A stretch of DNA of 24,764 nucleotides from Thermodesulfobacteriota bacterium (lineage in GTDB: Bacteria; Desulfobacterota; Desulfobulbia; Desulfobulbales; SURF-16). The position numbers and the translations under genes are program-made. The stretch is from assembly GCA_039715015.1 (NCBI GenBank), contig JBDLIE010000037.1, positions 1 to 24,764 on the forward strand, written 5' to 3'. This document shows, in pieces, positions 7,256 to 17,700 of this stretch; position 1 is the stretch's first letter; every line of letters begins with the position of its first letter. The notes under the pieces are model-generated. The model was given only the letters and a program-made list of their open reading frames with translations, was not told where the DNA came from and did no database searches.

Positions 7256-9027
7256 TGAATAAAGTATTGATTGTAGATAAAGCTCTTGAGCATCTGAAGC
7301 TCATGGAGTCAAGACTTGATGGTGCAAACGTCAAGTTTGAGGTTCTAACTGCTTCTAGCGGCGAAGATGCCGTCAAAATTCTCAAGAAACATTCCATTGC
7401 CACTCTGGTGACGGGTCTGTATTTGTCCAAAATGAGCGGGCTTGATCTGCTGGATTACATGAGCCAGCAGCATAGCAAAACCCCCTGCGTTGTAATTAGC
7501 CAACATGGTGATCCGGAAATCCGGGCCATGCTGGGGCACCGCGGTATCTTCGCCTTCTTTGAAAAGCCTTGTGATCTTGAAATGCTGTCCGATGCCGTAA
7601 ATGACGCTCTTTTTCATTTTGAGCAGGCCGGTGGTGTTGATGGTTTATCTATTTCAGGATTTTTGCAGCTCATGGAAATGGAAGATAAAAGCTGCACACT
7701 AGAGGTGAGCCATCCACCCAATGAAGTGGGGAAGTTTTACTGTGTTGAAGGGCAGCTGCATGATGCCGAATTCGGTGATCTGAGAGGGGAAGAGGCCGCT
7801 CACACCATGATAGGCTGCTGGGAAAATGTCTCTCTCAGGCTCAAAAGCCTCCCTTCAAAACATATAGAGCGACGAATCAACGTAACCCTTCAGGCCCTTA
7901 TCTTAGACAGCGCCCGTCGCAAGGACGAGGTATGCCTACCCTCTGAAGATTCTGCTGAAAAGGTCAAAACATCTTGTCCGGATGATCAGCTTAGGCAGGC
8001 GATAAAAAAAGCGGAAAGCGGCGACTGCATGCTGGCCCATAAGATGCTGATCGCCCTGCTTCAAAATAATACCCAAAATTTTCAAGGATGGATCTGGTTT
8101 TCCCGGGTGGCCGGTACCATAAAGGCCGTCAAGGCCGCGCTCCATAATGCCAGTATTCTGGCCCCAGAGGATGCAGAAATTCAGGAACGTCAGAAGCAAT
8201 TGGCAAAAGCTCTGGAGGCCGGCTGTCCTGAGGTGGGGCCCATTGAGCATTGTCCCTTCTGCTGGACATCGGTTAGTAAGCGGAGTGCCATATGTCCCTG
8301 GTGCCACGGCATGCTCACTATCAGCAAAGAGAAACTGCTCAGCACAACCGGCGAAACTATAAATAGGGACATGCTTGACAAGGGTTTTCACCGTTATGTC
8401 AAGGTGACACTCCTTGACAGGAGTAACGTTAAGGCCCACTATAACCTCGCCCTGGCGTGCCTGAGTTTAGGGAAATACGATGATGCTCTTGAGCATCTGT
8501 ACACGGTTAGAAAGCTTGCCCCTAAAAATAAATTTTATAATGAACAGCTTGCAATTTTGCTCGATTATCTGGCATCCATGGAATCTTCGACTTCCATTGG
8601 CGGTGAGGAAAAGATTGCAGGAAAAAGGCAGGGCGGCACTGGCGGCCAGTCAAAAAGGATAATTTTGGTTGTTGAAGACAGTGCCACAACCCGCAAGGTC
8701 ATAACCTTAATGCTTGAGGAGCAGGATTTTGAGGTTGTCCAGGCCAAGAACGGTATTGATGCTTTAGCAAAGTTTAATGAGATAACCCCTGACCTGGTTC
8801 TCCTCGACATCATAATGCCGGGGATGGATGGCTATGAAGTTCTCTCGACCATAAAAAAGAATGAAATCTTAAAGGACATCCCGGTCATCATGTTGACCGC
8901 TAAAGATTCGTTAATGGATAAAATTAAAGGGAAGATGTCCGCTTCAAATGAATATCTGACCAAGCCTTTTACCTCGGAAGAATTGATGGTGAAAATAAAT
9001 AAATATTTACCAACGACTGGGTTTTAG
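7255..9027 (+). CDS. multidomain response regulator: pseudo-REC, DUF4388/PatA-N, TPR, CxxC-CxxC Zn ribbon, TPR, REC (PilG/PatA-like)
   Basis: MNKVLIVD receiver start, LSISGFLQLMEMEDKSCTLEV…GQLHDA (DUF4388-like), CPFC…CPWC, AHYNLALA…, and an intact C-terminal REC (VVEDS, LLDIIMPGMDG, YLTKPF). The frame is open back to GTG 7135. Confidence 0.85.
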   Translation: MNKVLIVDKALEHLKLMESRLDGANVKFEVLTASSGEDAVKILKKHSIATLVTGLYLSKMSGLDLLDYMSQQHSKTPCVVISQHGDPEIRAMLGHRGIFAFFEKPCDLEMLSDAVNDALFHFEQAGGVDGLSISGFLQLMEMEDKSCTLEVSHPPNEVGKFYCVEGQLHDAEFGDLRGEEAAHTMIGCWENVSLRLKSLPSKHIERRINVTLQALILDSARRKDEVCLPSEDSAEKVKTSCPDDQLRQAIKKAESGDCMLAHKMLIALLQNNTQNFQGWIWFSRVAGTIKAVKAALHNASILAPEDAEIQERQKQLAKALEAGCPEVGPIEHCPFCWTSVSKRSAICPWCHGMLTISKEKLLSTTGETINRDMLDKGFHRYVKVTLLDRSNVKAHYNLALACLSLGKYDDALEHLYTVRKLAPKNKFYNEQLAILLDYLASMESSTSIGGEEKIAGKRQGGTGGQSKRIILVVEDSATTRKVITLMLEEQDFEVVQAKNGIDALAKFNEITPDLVLLDIIMPGMDGYEVLSTIKKNEILKDIPVIMLTAKDSLMDKIKGKMSASNEYLTKPFTSEELMVKINKYLPTTGF

Positions 9028-9122
9028 ATGGTGTATTCCAGCACCAAGTTTTCTTCCTGCCCTGGAGTACGAAAGAATATTATTTTTCGTCCTGAAATGG
9101 GAAAATGACCTCGGTGTCCATT

Positions 9123-10163
9123 ATGAACAGTCAACCAATAAAAGTTTTCATCGTTGATGATTCAAAATTGATGCGACAAGCCGTCAGGAGAATTTGTGAA
9201 GATAATTGCTTAGAGGTGGTTGGCGAAGCGGAAAATGGCGTCGAGGCCTTGGAGTTGCTGGAAACACTCGATCCGAATGTCATTATTTTAGATGTGAATA
9301 TGCCGGTGATGGATGGTTTGACAACCCTTAAACACATGATGATCAAGAAACCTACACCAACAATAATGCTCAGTACCTTGACCAGGGAGGGGGCTGCCGT
9401 CACTTTTGATTCATTTAAATACGGCGCTGTTGATTTTGTCACCAAGCCATCATCGCTTGACGGCGGTGATCTTGGTGAGCAGTCAATGGAGCTTGTTCGC
9501 AAGGTTAGGGCGGCATCTGAAGTAAAGCTTGAGAAGATGCGGTACATCAGGGTCAAATCTCAGGGAGATAAGCCAAAGGATCAAACAGGAAACACGCCTG
9601 GCAGAATAGTCGCCATTGGCGCTGCCGAAGGAGGGTACGGTACCCTTCTTAAACTCATACCCGAACTTCCTGCCGATCTTCCCGTCGCTTATTTTATTGT
9701 GTTGCACGTTGCTAAAGATCACATTGATGCCTTTGTTGATTATCTGGGGCAATACAGCTCGGTTTTGATTGAGCGTGCCGTTGAAGATAAACCGGTCCAG
9801 AGCGGCACATGCTATCTTTGTTCAGGAGACGAATATACCACCATTCGTGAAGAAAATAGCTGTTTGTTTTTTCATGTCAGTCCTGCTCCCTTTGCCACGC
9901 GCCGGGGGGCGATAGATATGTTGATGTTCTCTGTGGCCGAACATGCCGGGCATAAGTCCATTGGCGTTATACTTTCTGGCTCAGACAGTGACGGAGCTGA
10001 GGGCCTGTGTGAGCTTGTGGCAACTGGCGGCAAGACCATCGTCCAGAAACCATCCAGTTGTCTCTATAGGAAAATGCCTGAGACCGCCCTTGAAAGATGC
10101 AAGGCCGGTTTCATTGTCTCAGATACCAGCATAGCAAACGCGATCAGCCTTTGTTGTGCATAA
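9123..10163 (+). CDS. cheB: CheB-family protein 1 (REC + methylesterase-like; catalytic Ser replaced)
   Basis: IVDDS…LDVNMPVMDG…GAVDFVTKP receiver. Esterase fold carries IGAAEGG, IVLHV and ILSGSDSDG. Alternative start at 9105. Confidence 0.88.
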   Translation: MNSQPIKVFIVDDSKLMRQAVRRICEDNCLEVVGEAENGVEALELLETLDPNVIILDVNMPVMDGLTTLKHMMIKKPTPTIMLSTLTREGAAVTFDSFKYGAVDFVTKPSSLDGGDLGEQSMELVRKVRAASEVKLEKMRYIRVKSQGDKPKDQTGNTPGRIVAIGAAEGGYGTLLKLIPELPADLPVAYFIVLHVAKDHIDAFVDYLGQYSSVLIERAVEDKPVQSGTCYLCSGDEYTTIREENSCLFFHVSPAPFATRRGAIDMLMFSVAEHAGHKSIGVILSGSDSDGAEGLCELVATGGKTIVQKPSSCLYRKMPETALERCKAGFIVSDTSIANAISLCCA

Positions 10164-10316
10164 CACCTGTAAATATAAAGAATAACAGGTGATAGAGTTT
10201 TGTATGATCTTTTTCCAGGGGCCTAGTCTGGGGAGAGTCAGAAACAAATTTGCTGCATACTAGAGCACGAGATTGTTAGTTTTTTTACTACTCACAAATA
10301 TGAGGAGGTCGCCGCC

Positions 10317-12869
10317 TTGAATTGGAAAAATTTAAAAATTCAGAAGAAGCTATTGTTTGGCTTTGTACCGGTAATTGTGGTGCTGCTTGTCATCGGTCTG
10401 CTCGGATATATGAATATCCAGGGGATCAGGGGCGGTATGGAGCAGGTCACCAAGTCAGCATCGGTGGCCGACGCATCTATGGAGATGGCGCTTGCTTTGA
10501 CCACTGATCGTCTGATCCTTATGGAGATCCTGACCACCGGTGATAAACCTGAGCTTGACCCCATGTGGGCGGAGCATCAGGAGGCCGACGCCGCTTTTGA
10601 TACATATGGCAAGGCGATCCTGAGCGGCGGCGAAACAGAAATGGGTTACATCCATCCTGTGGAGGACAAGGCTCTGGCTGATCTGGTAAGCAAAACCCTT
10701 GCCCAGCATGACGAGCAGTTCGCCCCTCAGATGGTGGAAGTGTACAAGAATATGACCTACAAGTTTAGCGCCGAGGCCGAAGAAGAGACCGGCATGAAGG
10801 CAATGGAATCCTCTTTTGAAGATATCAGCGCCGCTTTGGAAGAACTTGAAGAGTCTGTGGATCGGCTGATTGAAAGGGCCATCAAGGGTGGTGCGGCCAC
10901 CCAGTCCATGCAAAACAAGGAGAGCAAGTGGAAAGATATTTCCATGGAAATTGCTCTTTCAATCGCCGATGCCCGCTTGGTTGTTGAGGAATTCGCCCAG
11001 ACCATGGACTCTGAGATGCACTCGAAAATGAAAGATGAGTTTGAAGGTCACATAGGTCTTGCCTCATCATGGTTGAACAGCATGGTCAGGGGTGGATCCG
11101 ACAAACAAATGGGCAGGATAAAAGCTCTGACCGATAACACCGCCAAGGATCTTGCCAGAAAGGCATACGGCGATCTTACCAAGAAGTTCCAGCCCGCCGC
11201 TGAGCTCCTCATGGAAAAGCACGCCAACACTCTACAATTCAACAAGGCCCTTGATGATCTGGACACCTCCATCGATAACCTCGGTATCGCACTTACAGAC
11301 GAGATGGCCAAGGTAGAGACCGAAGCCAAGAAGATCATCGATAACGCCAACGCCGCGGCAAACACCACAGCTGCAGCGGCCACACTGCAGACGATTATTG
11401 CTGTTGTTTTAGGTACTGGCGTCGCCGTTTTTATCGCTTTCTTTATCGCCCGTGCCATTGCCGGGCCGGTAACAAATATTGCCGGTACCATCCAGAAAGT
11501 AGCCAGTGATCGTGACCTGACACTCACCGTACCAGTTTTAAGTGATGATGAGATCGGTTTGATGGCCGGTGATTTCAACAACATGATGGATCAGTTGAAG
11601 AGGTCTTTCATTGAGGTTACAAGTTCAGCCGACCAGGTTGCCACCGGTTCCCAGGAAATGGCGAAACGTGCTTCCGCCAATAAAGAGCGTGCCGAGCGTG
11701 AAGTTGAGCAGACCCAAAAAACAACCGAGATTATTACTTCGATGCGGGAGACTGCCGGTCAAGTTAATGAGGCCTCGCAGAACCAGAAAGATGCGGCGGA
11801 AAAATCGACCGTTACAGTTCGTTCCCTTGTTGATTCAATGAAAGAGGTGGCCGAATCGGCCAGCGTTCAGCTCCAGGAAGCGCAGGGCGCGGCTGAGCGT
11901 GTCGGTGAAATGGGTGAAACCGGTGGTAAGGTTGTGCAGACCGCGCGTGAGCAGGGTGAAGTGGTTGTCAAGGTAACCGATTCGTTTCATGATCTGGCAC
12001 AGGCAATGGATGAGATGAATAAAGCTGTTGAGCAGGCCACTGAGCATGGCAAAGCCTCTCTGCAAGCCGCCGAAGAAGGCAGCAAGTCGGTTAATGCGAC
12101 AGTTGAAGGTATGCGTGCCATTGCCGATTCATCTGAACAGATCTCTGAGATCATCGACGTTATTACTGAAATTGCCGAGCAGACAAACCTGCTGGCCTTG
12201 AACGCCGCCATTGAGGCTGCCCGTGCCGGCGCCCATGGTAAGGGTTTTGCGGTTGTTGCCGACGAGGTTGGTAAACTGGCCCAAAGATCATCCGAAGCTG
12301 CCAAGGAAATTACCCAGCTCATCAAAGACTCAAGTATACGGGTCGATGAGGGGAGCAAGCTTACGGATAGCTCATCTCTTGCCCTTAAAAAGATTGATGA
12401 GAGTGGTCAGGTAAACATGCAGGCTATTGAACAGATTTTCAATATCGCCGGAGTTTTTGCCAAGACGACCAAGGAAGTTCAGGAGTTCATGGAGGAACTC
12501 AATACCTTGGCCCAGACAATTGGTGGCATGGCCGGTGAACAGGGCGCTCGTCGCCAAGCTGCTCAAAAAGCACTTGATGCCCTTCAGGAAAAATCAACTG
12601 CCATTACCGGCTTGATTGACAAGGCCAACCAGGATGCTTCGGCGATTAGTAACGAGATGCAGGAAATTGTTGATCGTACCGTTGCCACGACAACCATGAC
12701 CGGTGAGCAGGCCACACGTTCACAGGCGGTAATGAAGATTACCGATGAGAGTGCGCAAGGCGCCCAGCTCACTGCAGAAGGCGCTGGTGTTGTTATGGGT
12801 ATTACTGACGAACTGCAGGATCAGTCACAAAATCTGACTGATCTTGTAAACCAGTTCAAGGTCGGTTAG
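10317..12869 (+). CDS. methyl-accepting chemotaxis protein (2 TM, large duplicated helical periplasmic domain, HAMP, very long signalling domain)
   Basis: TTG start after GAGGAGG, HAMP ([11 protein letters not shown]), [32 protein letters not shown]. Confidence 0.96.
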   Translation: MNWKNLKIQKKLLFGFVPVIVVLLVIGLLGYMNIQGIRGGMEQVTKSASVADASMEMALALTTDRLILMEILTTGDKPELDPMWAEHQEADAAFDTYGKAILSGGETEMGYIHPVEDKALADLVSKTLAQHDEQFAPQMVEVYKNMTYKFSAEAEEETGMKAMESSFEDISAALEELEESVDRLIERAIKGGAATQSMQNKESKWKDISMEIALSIADARLVVEEFAQTMDSEMHSKMKDEFEGHIGLASSWLNSMVRGGSDKQMGRIKALTDNTAKDLARKAYGDLTKKFQPAAELLMEKHANTLQFNKALDDLDTSIDNLGIALTDEMAKVETEAKKIIDNANAAANTTAAAATLQTIIAVVLGTGVAVFIAFFIARAIAGPVTNIAGTIQKVASDRDLTLTVPVLSDDEIGLMAGDFNNMMDQLKRSFIEVTSSADQVATGSQEMAKRASANKERAEREVEQTQKTTEIITSMRETAGQVNEASQNQKDAAEKSTVTVRSLVDSMKEVAESASVQLQEAQGAAERVGEMGETGGKVVQTAREQGEVVVKVTDSFHDLAQAMDEMNKAVEQATEHGKASLQAAEEGSKSVNATVEGMRAIADSSEQISEIIDVITEIAEQTNLLALNAAIEAARAGAHGKGFAVVADEVGKLAQRSSEAAKEITQLIKDSSIRVDEGSKLTDSSSLALKKIDESGQVNMQAIEQIFNIAGVFAKTTKEVQEFMEELNTLAQTIGGMAGEQGARRQAAQKALDALQEKSTAITGLIDKANQDASAISNEMQEIVDRTVATTTMTGEQATRSQAVMKITDESAQGAQLTAEGAGVVMGITDELQDQSQNLTDLVNQFKVG

Positions 12870-12943
12870 GCCCTTTTACGTTAAAGAGATTCCTCGCAGT
12901 TGAGATTTAAGAATAATGAAATCCACAATGGGAGATGCACGAT

Positions 12944-13456
12944 ATGGCTGACCATTTTGCAGCTGGCAAATTGGAAACCGAGCAGGAAATGCTCATGCAG
13001 CTTGTTGGTTTTAAAATAGGCAACGAGTTGTTCGGAGTAGATATTCTCTTGGTGCAGGAGATTATCCGTTCGGCGCCGATAACCGAGGTTCCAAATTCGC
13101 CGGATTTTGTCGAAGGGGTTATTAATCTGCGTGGTCACATTCTGCCGGTTATCGACCTGCGTAAACGTCTGAAATTAACAAGAAAAAGCTCTGACCTGCA
13201 GGACAAAACCTGGATTCTTATCCTTGATATTCACGGCAAGATAACCGGTTTTATCGTTGACTCGGTGACAAAGGTTCTCAAAATTCAGGAAGACACCATT
13301 GAGCCGCCGCCGGATGTCATTATGGCCGGGCTTGAAAGCCAATATCTGCGCGGGGTGTGTGATGTTGATGGGCAGCTTCTTATTCTGCTTGATTTTAAAC
13401 AAATTCTCCTCCAGGAAGAATTACAGAAACTGAAAGCAATCGATACCGGTGAATAA
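12944..13456 (+). CDS. cheW: chemotaxis coupling protein CheW
   Basis: LVGFKIGNELFGVDILLVQEII…VPNSPDFVEGVINLRGHILPVIDLR…GFIVDSV. ATG 12944 follows GGGAG. Confidence 0.95.
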   Translation: MADHFAAGKLETEQEMLMQLVGFKIGNELFGVDILLVQEIIRSAPITEVPNSPDFVEGVINLRGHILPVIDLRKRLKLTRKSSDLQDKTWILILDIHGKITGFIVDSVTKVLKIQEDTIEPPPDVIMAGLESQYLRGVCDVDGQLLILLDFKQILLQEELQKLKAIDTGE

Positions 13457-13613
13457 GAGGTGTTGAGGCTAGCTCCCTAGAAGTTGAGAGGGATATTCCC
13501 GCCTGTTGACGGATTGTGGAAACGCAGCTTGCGCCCTGCCGGCAAGCTGGAACATGCGGTGTGCATCCTGTATTACCGGTGGATTTGATTAAAAAATGCA
13601 AGAGGACAAAGTG

Positions 13614-13967
13614 ATGAGTAAGCGTATTTTGGTGGTTGATGATTCATCCATGATGCGGAAAATGATTTCCAAAATCTTGAGTCCACCGGGGCATATCGTG
13701 ATCGGCGAGGCCAAAAACGGCCAGGAATCAGTCGATATGTACAAGGAGCTCAAGCCTGATTTGGTTACCATGGACATCACCATGAAAGGGATGGACGGGA
13801 TCACGGCAGCCAAGGAGATCTTGAGTTTTGATAAAGACGCTCAGATTATTTTTCTATCCAACCTTAATGAGGCCAAGTATCGAGAAGATGTGGAAGAGCT
13901 TGGCGCTGTGGGTTTTGTCAATAAACATAAATCAAGCGAAATCCTTGACTTGATAGATGAAAGTTAG
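13614..13967 (+). CDS. cheY: single-domain response regulator (CheY-like)
   Basis: ILVVDDSSMMR…GEAKNG…PDLVTMDITMKGMDG…FVNK. SD AGAGGA. Confidence 0.85.
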   Translation: MSKRILVVDDSSMMRKMISKILSPPGHIVIGEAKNGQESVDMYKELKPDLVTMDITMKGMDGITAAKEILSFDKDAQIIFLSNLNEAKYREDVEELGAVGFVNKHKSSEILDLIDES

Positions 13968-14042
13968 GCGTGTCGACCGTTGCGTTCCATGGTTGTGCAT
14001 CGTGGTGAAAAAAATTTACTGAGCAGACGATATTTTTAAGGA

Positions 14043-14744
14043 GTGGGAAATATCATACTAGTCAATAACTCATTGCGGCGTAAATTTATCCTTATTTTTG
14101 TCGTGCTTATTTTGCTAACACTGGCCTTCAGTGCCGGTTTGAGCTGGCAAGTTGGTAAGCTTGCGGGGATGGTCGCCGATACGCAAAATACGGCTGTTGT
14201 CAGTACCCTCTCCGGCAGCGAGAGCGCAAGGGCATCAGGGGAATTTATTGCCGGTCTCCAGCAATACCTTGTGGTCATGGCCCTATCCCTGACAGGGGGG
14301 CTTTTTTTCTGCATGTGTTATTTTTTGCGTCTGGTGATTCTTCCCCTTGAGGAATTAAAAAGAGACACTTCCAGGCTGGCCGACGGCAAAATTGACGCCC
14401 TTGAGCATTTGGTTGCTACTACCAGTGGACCGATAAAAGCAATTGTTGAAAATATCCATGACCTGGCCATTAATTTACAGGAAGTGCTTTTGCTGGTCTG
14501 GAATTTTGGCGCTGAAGACCTTGATATCATTAAAAAAACTGTATCAATGCTCAAGGCTGATAACAAGGATGAACTCCATGATGAAATAGTAGAAAATCTT
14601 AGCGTATTAAATAAGAATCTGCTCGACAGACAGGATCTAGTGCAGCAATTCGATTTTTTTAACGTCAGTATCCAGGCGAAGAAAGTTTTTGCTGGAGATG
14701 ATTCGGCAGATTTTAATAATTGCGAGGAAAGTTGCCATGGTTGA
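14043..14744 (+). CDS. 2-TM, HAMP-like membrane protein of unknown function (mini-receptor-like)
   Basis: Two hydrophobic segments, then PLEELKRDTSRLADGKID (HAMP helix 1-like). Overlaps the cheA start. Start codon uncertain. Confidence 0.7.
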   Translation: MGNIILVNNSLRRKFILIFVVLILLTLAFSAGLSWQVGKLAGMVADTQNTAVVSTLSGSESARASGEFIAGLQQYLVVMALSLTGGLFFCMCYFLRLVILPLEELKRDTSRLADGKIDALEHLVATTSGPIKAIVENIHDLAINLQEVLLLVWNFGAEDLDIIKKTVSMLKADNKDELHDEIVENLSVLNKNLLDRQDLVQQFDFFNVSIQAKKVFAGDDSADFNNCEESCHG

Positions 14745-17700
14745 GCTGTCACTGCTTCAAGATTTCACAACAGAGGCCACGGAACATCTTGAGGAAATGG
14801 AGGCCAGCCTTCTGGCTCTGGAAAAAGATCCAGACAGCAATGAGGTACTCAATGATATCTTCAGGTCCATTCACACTATTAAAGGGGCCGCGCAGTTTGT
14901 CGGGCTGGAAAAGATTTCCGAGCTTTCACATAAGGTTGAAAATTTACTGGATCTTTTGCGGAAGGGCGAAAAAGAGCTTACGCCGGCGATCACCGATATT
15001 CTCATCGACACCAAAGACCGCCTGGCCCAGCTTACTTTAGAGCTGGAAGAAAATCAGGAGGAAATCAGCGAGGTTGCAGATCTTTTAAGCTCCATAGCCC
15101 TTTTGAGTGAGGATGACCAGGGCACAATCGATGAGATGGGTGGGGAAATCGGCCAGGAGATTGAGGATGGTGCCATATTGGTTGATGATCTTCAAGCCGC
15201 CCTCGACCAATCGATACTTGATGATGTGCCTGACGATGAATCTAGCTTAAGTTTCGAACCTGTTGATGACGATCTTATAGAAGAAGAAATATCTGGTGAG
15301 GCCTTTGACGAGGAGTTATTCGAAATTTTCCTGAGTCAGGTGAAAAGTAATTTTAAAACTGTCCAGACATTGGTGCAGGAATTTGCTGATTCGGATGACA
15401 AAGAGAACGTAATTAGTCAACTCCTAGACTGTCTGGGTAAGCTTCGTGTCTCTGCCAATTATATGGGGTACGTCTACCTGACTCGTTTCTATGATAACTG
15501 GTTGCAGCATCTGAAGTCCGTTGAGCAATCTAGCACTGTTGGGGAACGTGCATCCCTGGATTTTATGGGTGTCTATATTGAGCAGATTTTTCGGGTCCTG
15601 CCTCAGGTTGACGGTCTGGAGCCTGAAAGTCTCGTCCCTGGCGAAGAGGAAGCGGATTTAGGGCTGGACATCTCCGTCCTTGATGAAGTGGGGCCGGTGG
15701 AAGATGGTGAGGATAGCGAACCGCAGGCCAGCAAAGAAATTGACGATGATTTAGTCAAGAAAGAAATTTCAGGGGAAGTTTATGACGATGAACTCTTTCA
15801 AATCTTTATCAATCAGGTAAACACGAACCTTGCTGATCTTGATAATAGCGTGCAAGAATTTACAGCATCGCAAAATAAATCAGAGGTGCTGGAAAATTGT
15901 TTGAAAAGCATCGGCAATCTAAAATCTTCCGCCAATTATATGGAATACGATCTTCTGGTGGATCTTTATGAAAATATGCGCCTTGAAGTGGAGGCTGCCT
16001 GTGACAAATATGGGGGAGATCAGGAAGTCGATATAGATTTCATCAGCCCTTATATCGAACGGCTTCTCCGCATTATCCCAGGGGGGCAGCTGAAGAGTGA
16101 TCAAGATGGCCAAGAGGTGCGGGAATCCTTTAGCGAAGAAGACACAGCTGATGAGCAGCGCCAAGGACTGCTTGACTCTCTGGATACGTCAGTGCTTGAC
16201 GAAACGGGTGAGGATGACCTTTTCACAACTCTAAGCAGTTCGGTTGATGCGTCGATATCTGAAACATTGGTCTCTGACCCGGAACCCTTCAGCAATATTA
16301 TCGGGGAGATGCTTTTTGCAGACGATGATGACAAGGATGACACAGCTGAAACAGAGCAAGTCAAAGGGGACCATAAGGATGAAGATGTAACCCTGAGCCA
16401 ATCGAAATCGCCAGTCTCTGTGGTGGATGAAGCTATAACCACAGAAGAAGATGTCGAATCGATAAATAAGCAGGTCGAAAATCTTAAAAGCCAAGCGCGT
16501 TCCAGTGATGAAGCGGTTGCTGATCGCCGTAAAGTCGAACGTCGATCCGGGGACCGCCGCACCGGCGACGATGGTTCACGTGCATTCAAACAGAGCATCC
16601 GTGTTGATTCAAATAAAATTGATGCCTTGATGAACCAGGTCGGCGAACTGGTGGTGAGCAGGGCATATTTCTCTCAAATATTTAATGATATCAGAGAGGT
16701 ACAACAGGCCCTCAAAGAACAGGGTATTGGTCAGAAAAGTCAGAAGCCGATTCGGGAGCTGGCCTTTAAACTTGGTGAGGCAAATCTTGCCTTGAGCAGG
16801 GTGTCAAACGAGTTGCAGGAAGGTGTGATGAAGGTGAGAATGCTGCCTGTTGCCCAGCTTTTCAACCGTTATCCACGCCTGGTTCGTGATCTAACCCATA
16901 AAACCGACAAGCAGGTGGAAATCGTCATGCATGGCGAGGAAACCGAGCTTGATAAAATGGTTATCGAAGAAATTTCCGATCCGCTCATTCATATAATTAG
17001 AAATGCGGTGGACCACGGCATTGAGACAAACAAGGAGCGGCTGGCGGCTGGCAAACCTAAGAATGGTACCTTGAAACTCGAGGCATATCATGAAAGCAAT
17101 CATATTGTGATTGAAATTAGCGATGATGGACGTGGTATTGATATTGACCGGGTAAAGGAAAAGGCGGTTGAAAACGGGTTGATATCCCAGGAAGAAGTTG
17201 CCCGGATCTCTGACGCTGAAGCAAGGCGATTTATCATGATGCCAGGGTTTTCCACCGCTGACGTGGCCACCGAAACATCCGGCCGCGGCGTCGGCATGGA
17301 TGTCATTAAGACCAATATTGAAAAGCTCAATGGCACGGTGGAAATTGATTCACAGCTGGGTACACACACCCTGATTCGTATAAAGATACCTTTAACCCTG
17401 GCTATTATCCAGGCACTCATGGTCAAGGTCGGTGGTGATCTTTTTACAGTGTCACTCTCTGTCGTTGAAGAGACCCTGCGCGTTTTTGAACACGAAGTAT
17501 CGGTGATCGAGGGTGTTGAGGTCATTCATTTGCGTGATACCACCATGCCCATTTTCCGCCTCGCCGACATCTTTAACCTTCCTGAATCCAAGAAACAGGA
17601 TATTTCAAAATCCTTTGTTATTATCGTCTCCACCGGCATGCAGAGGGTCGGCCTGGTAGTTGATGAGTTGGTGGGGCAGGAGGAAGTCGTCATCAAGCCC

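Noticed and set aside
13525..13549. Hairpin CAGCTTGC/GCAAGCTG between cheW and cheY as a REP family with 867-904
   Set aside because: Only a 10-nt core (CCCTGCCGGC) is shared and there is no U-tract. Too little to call a repeat family or terminator.
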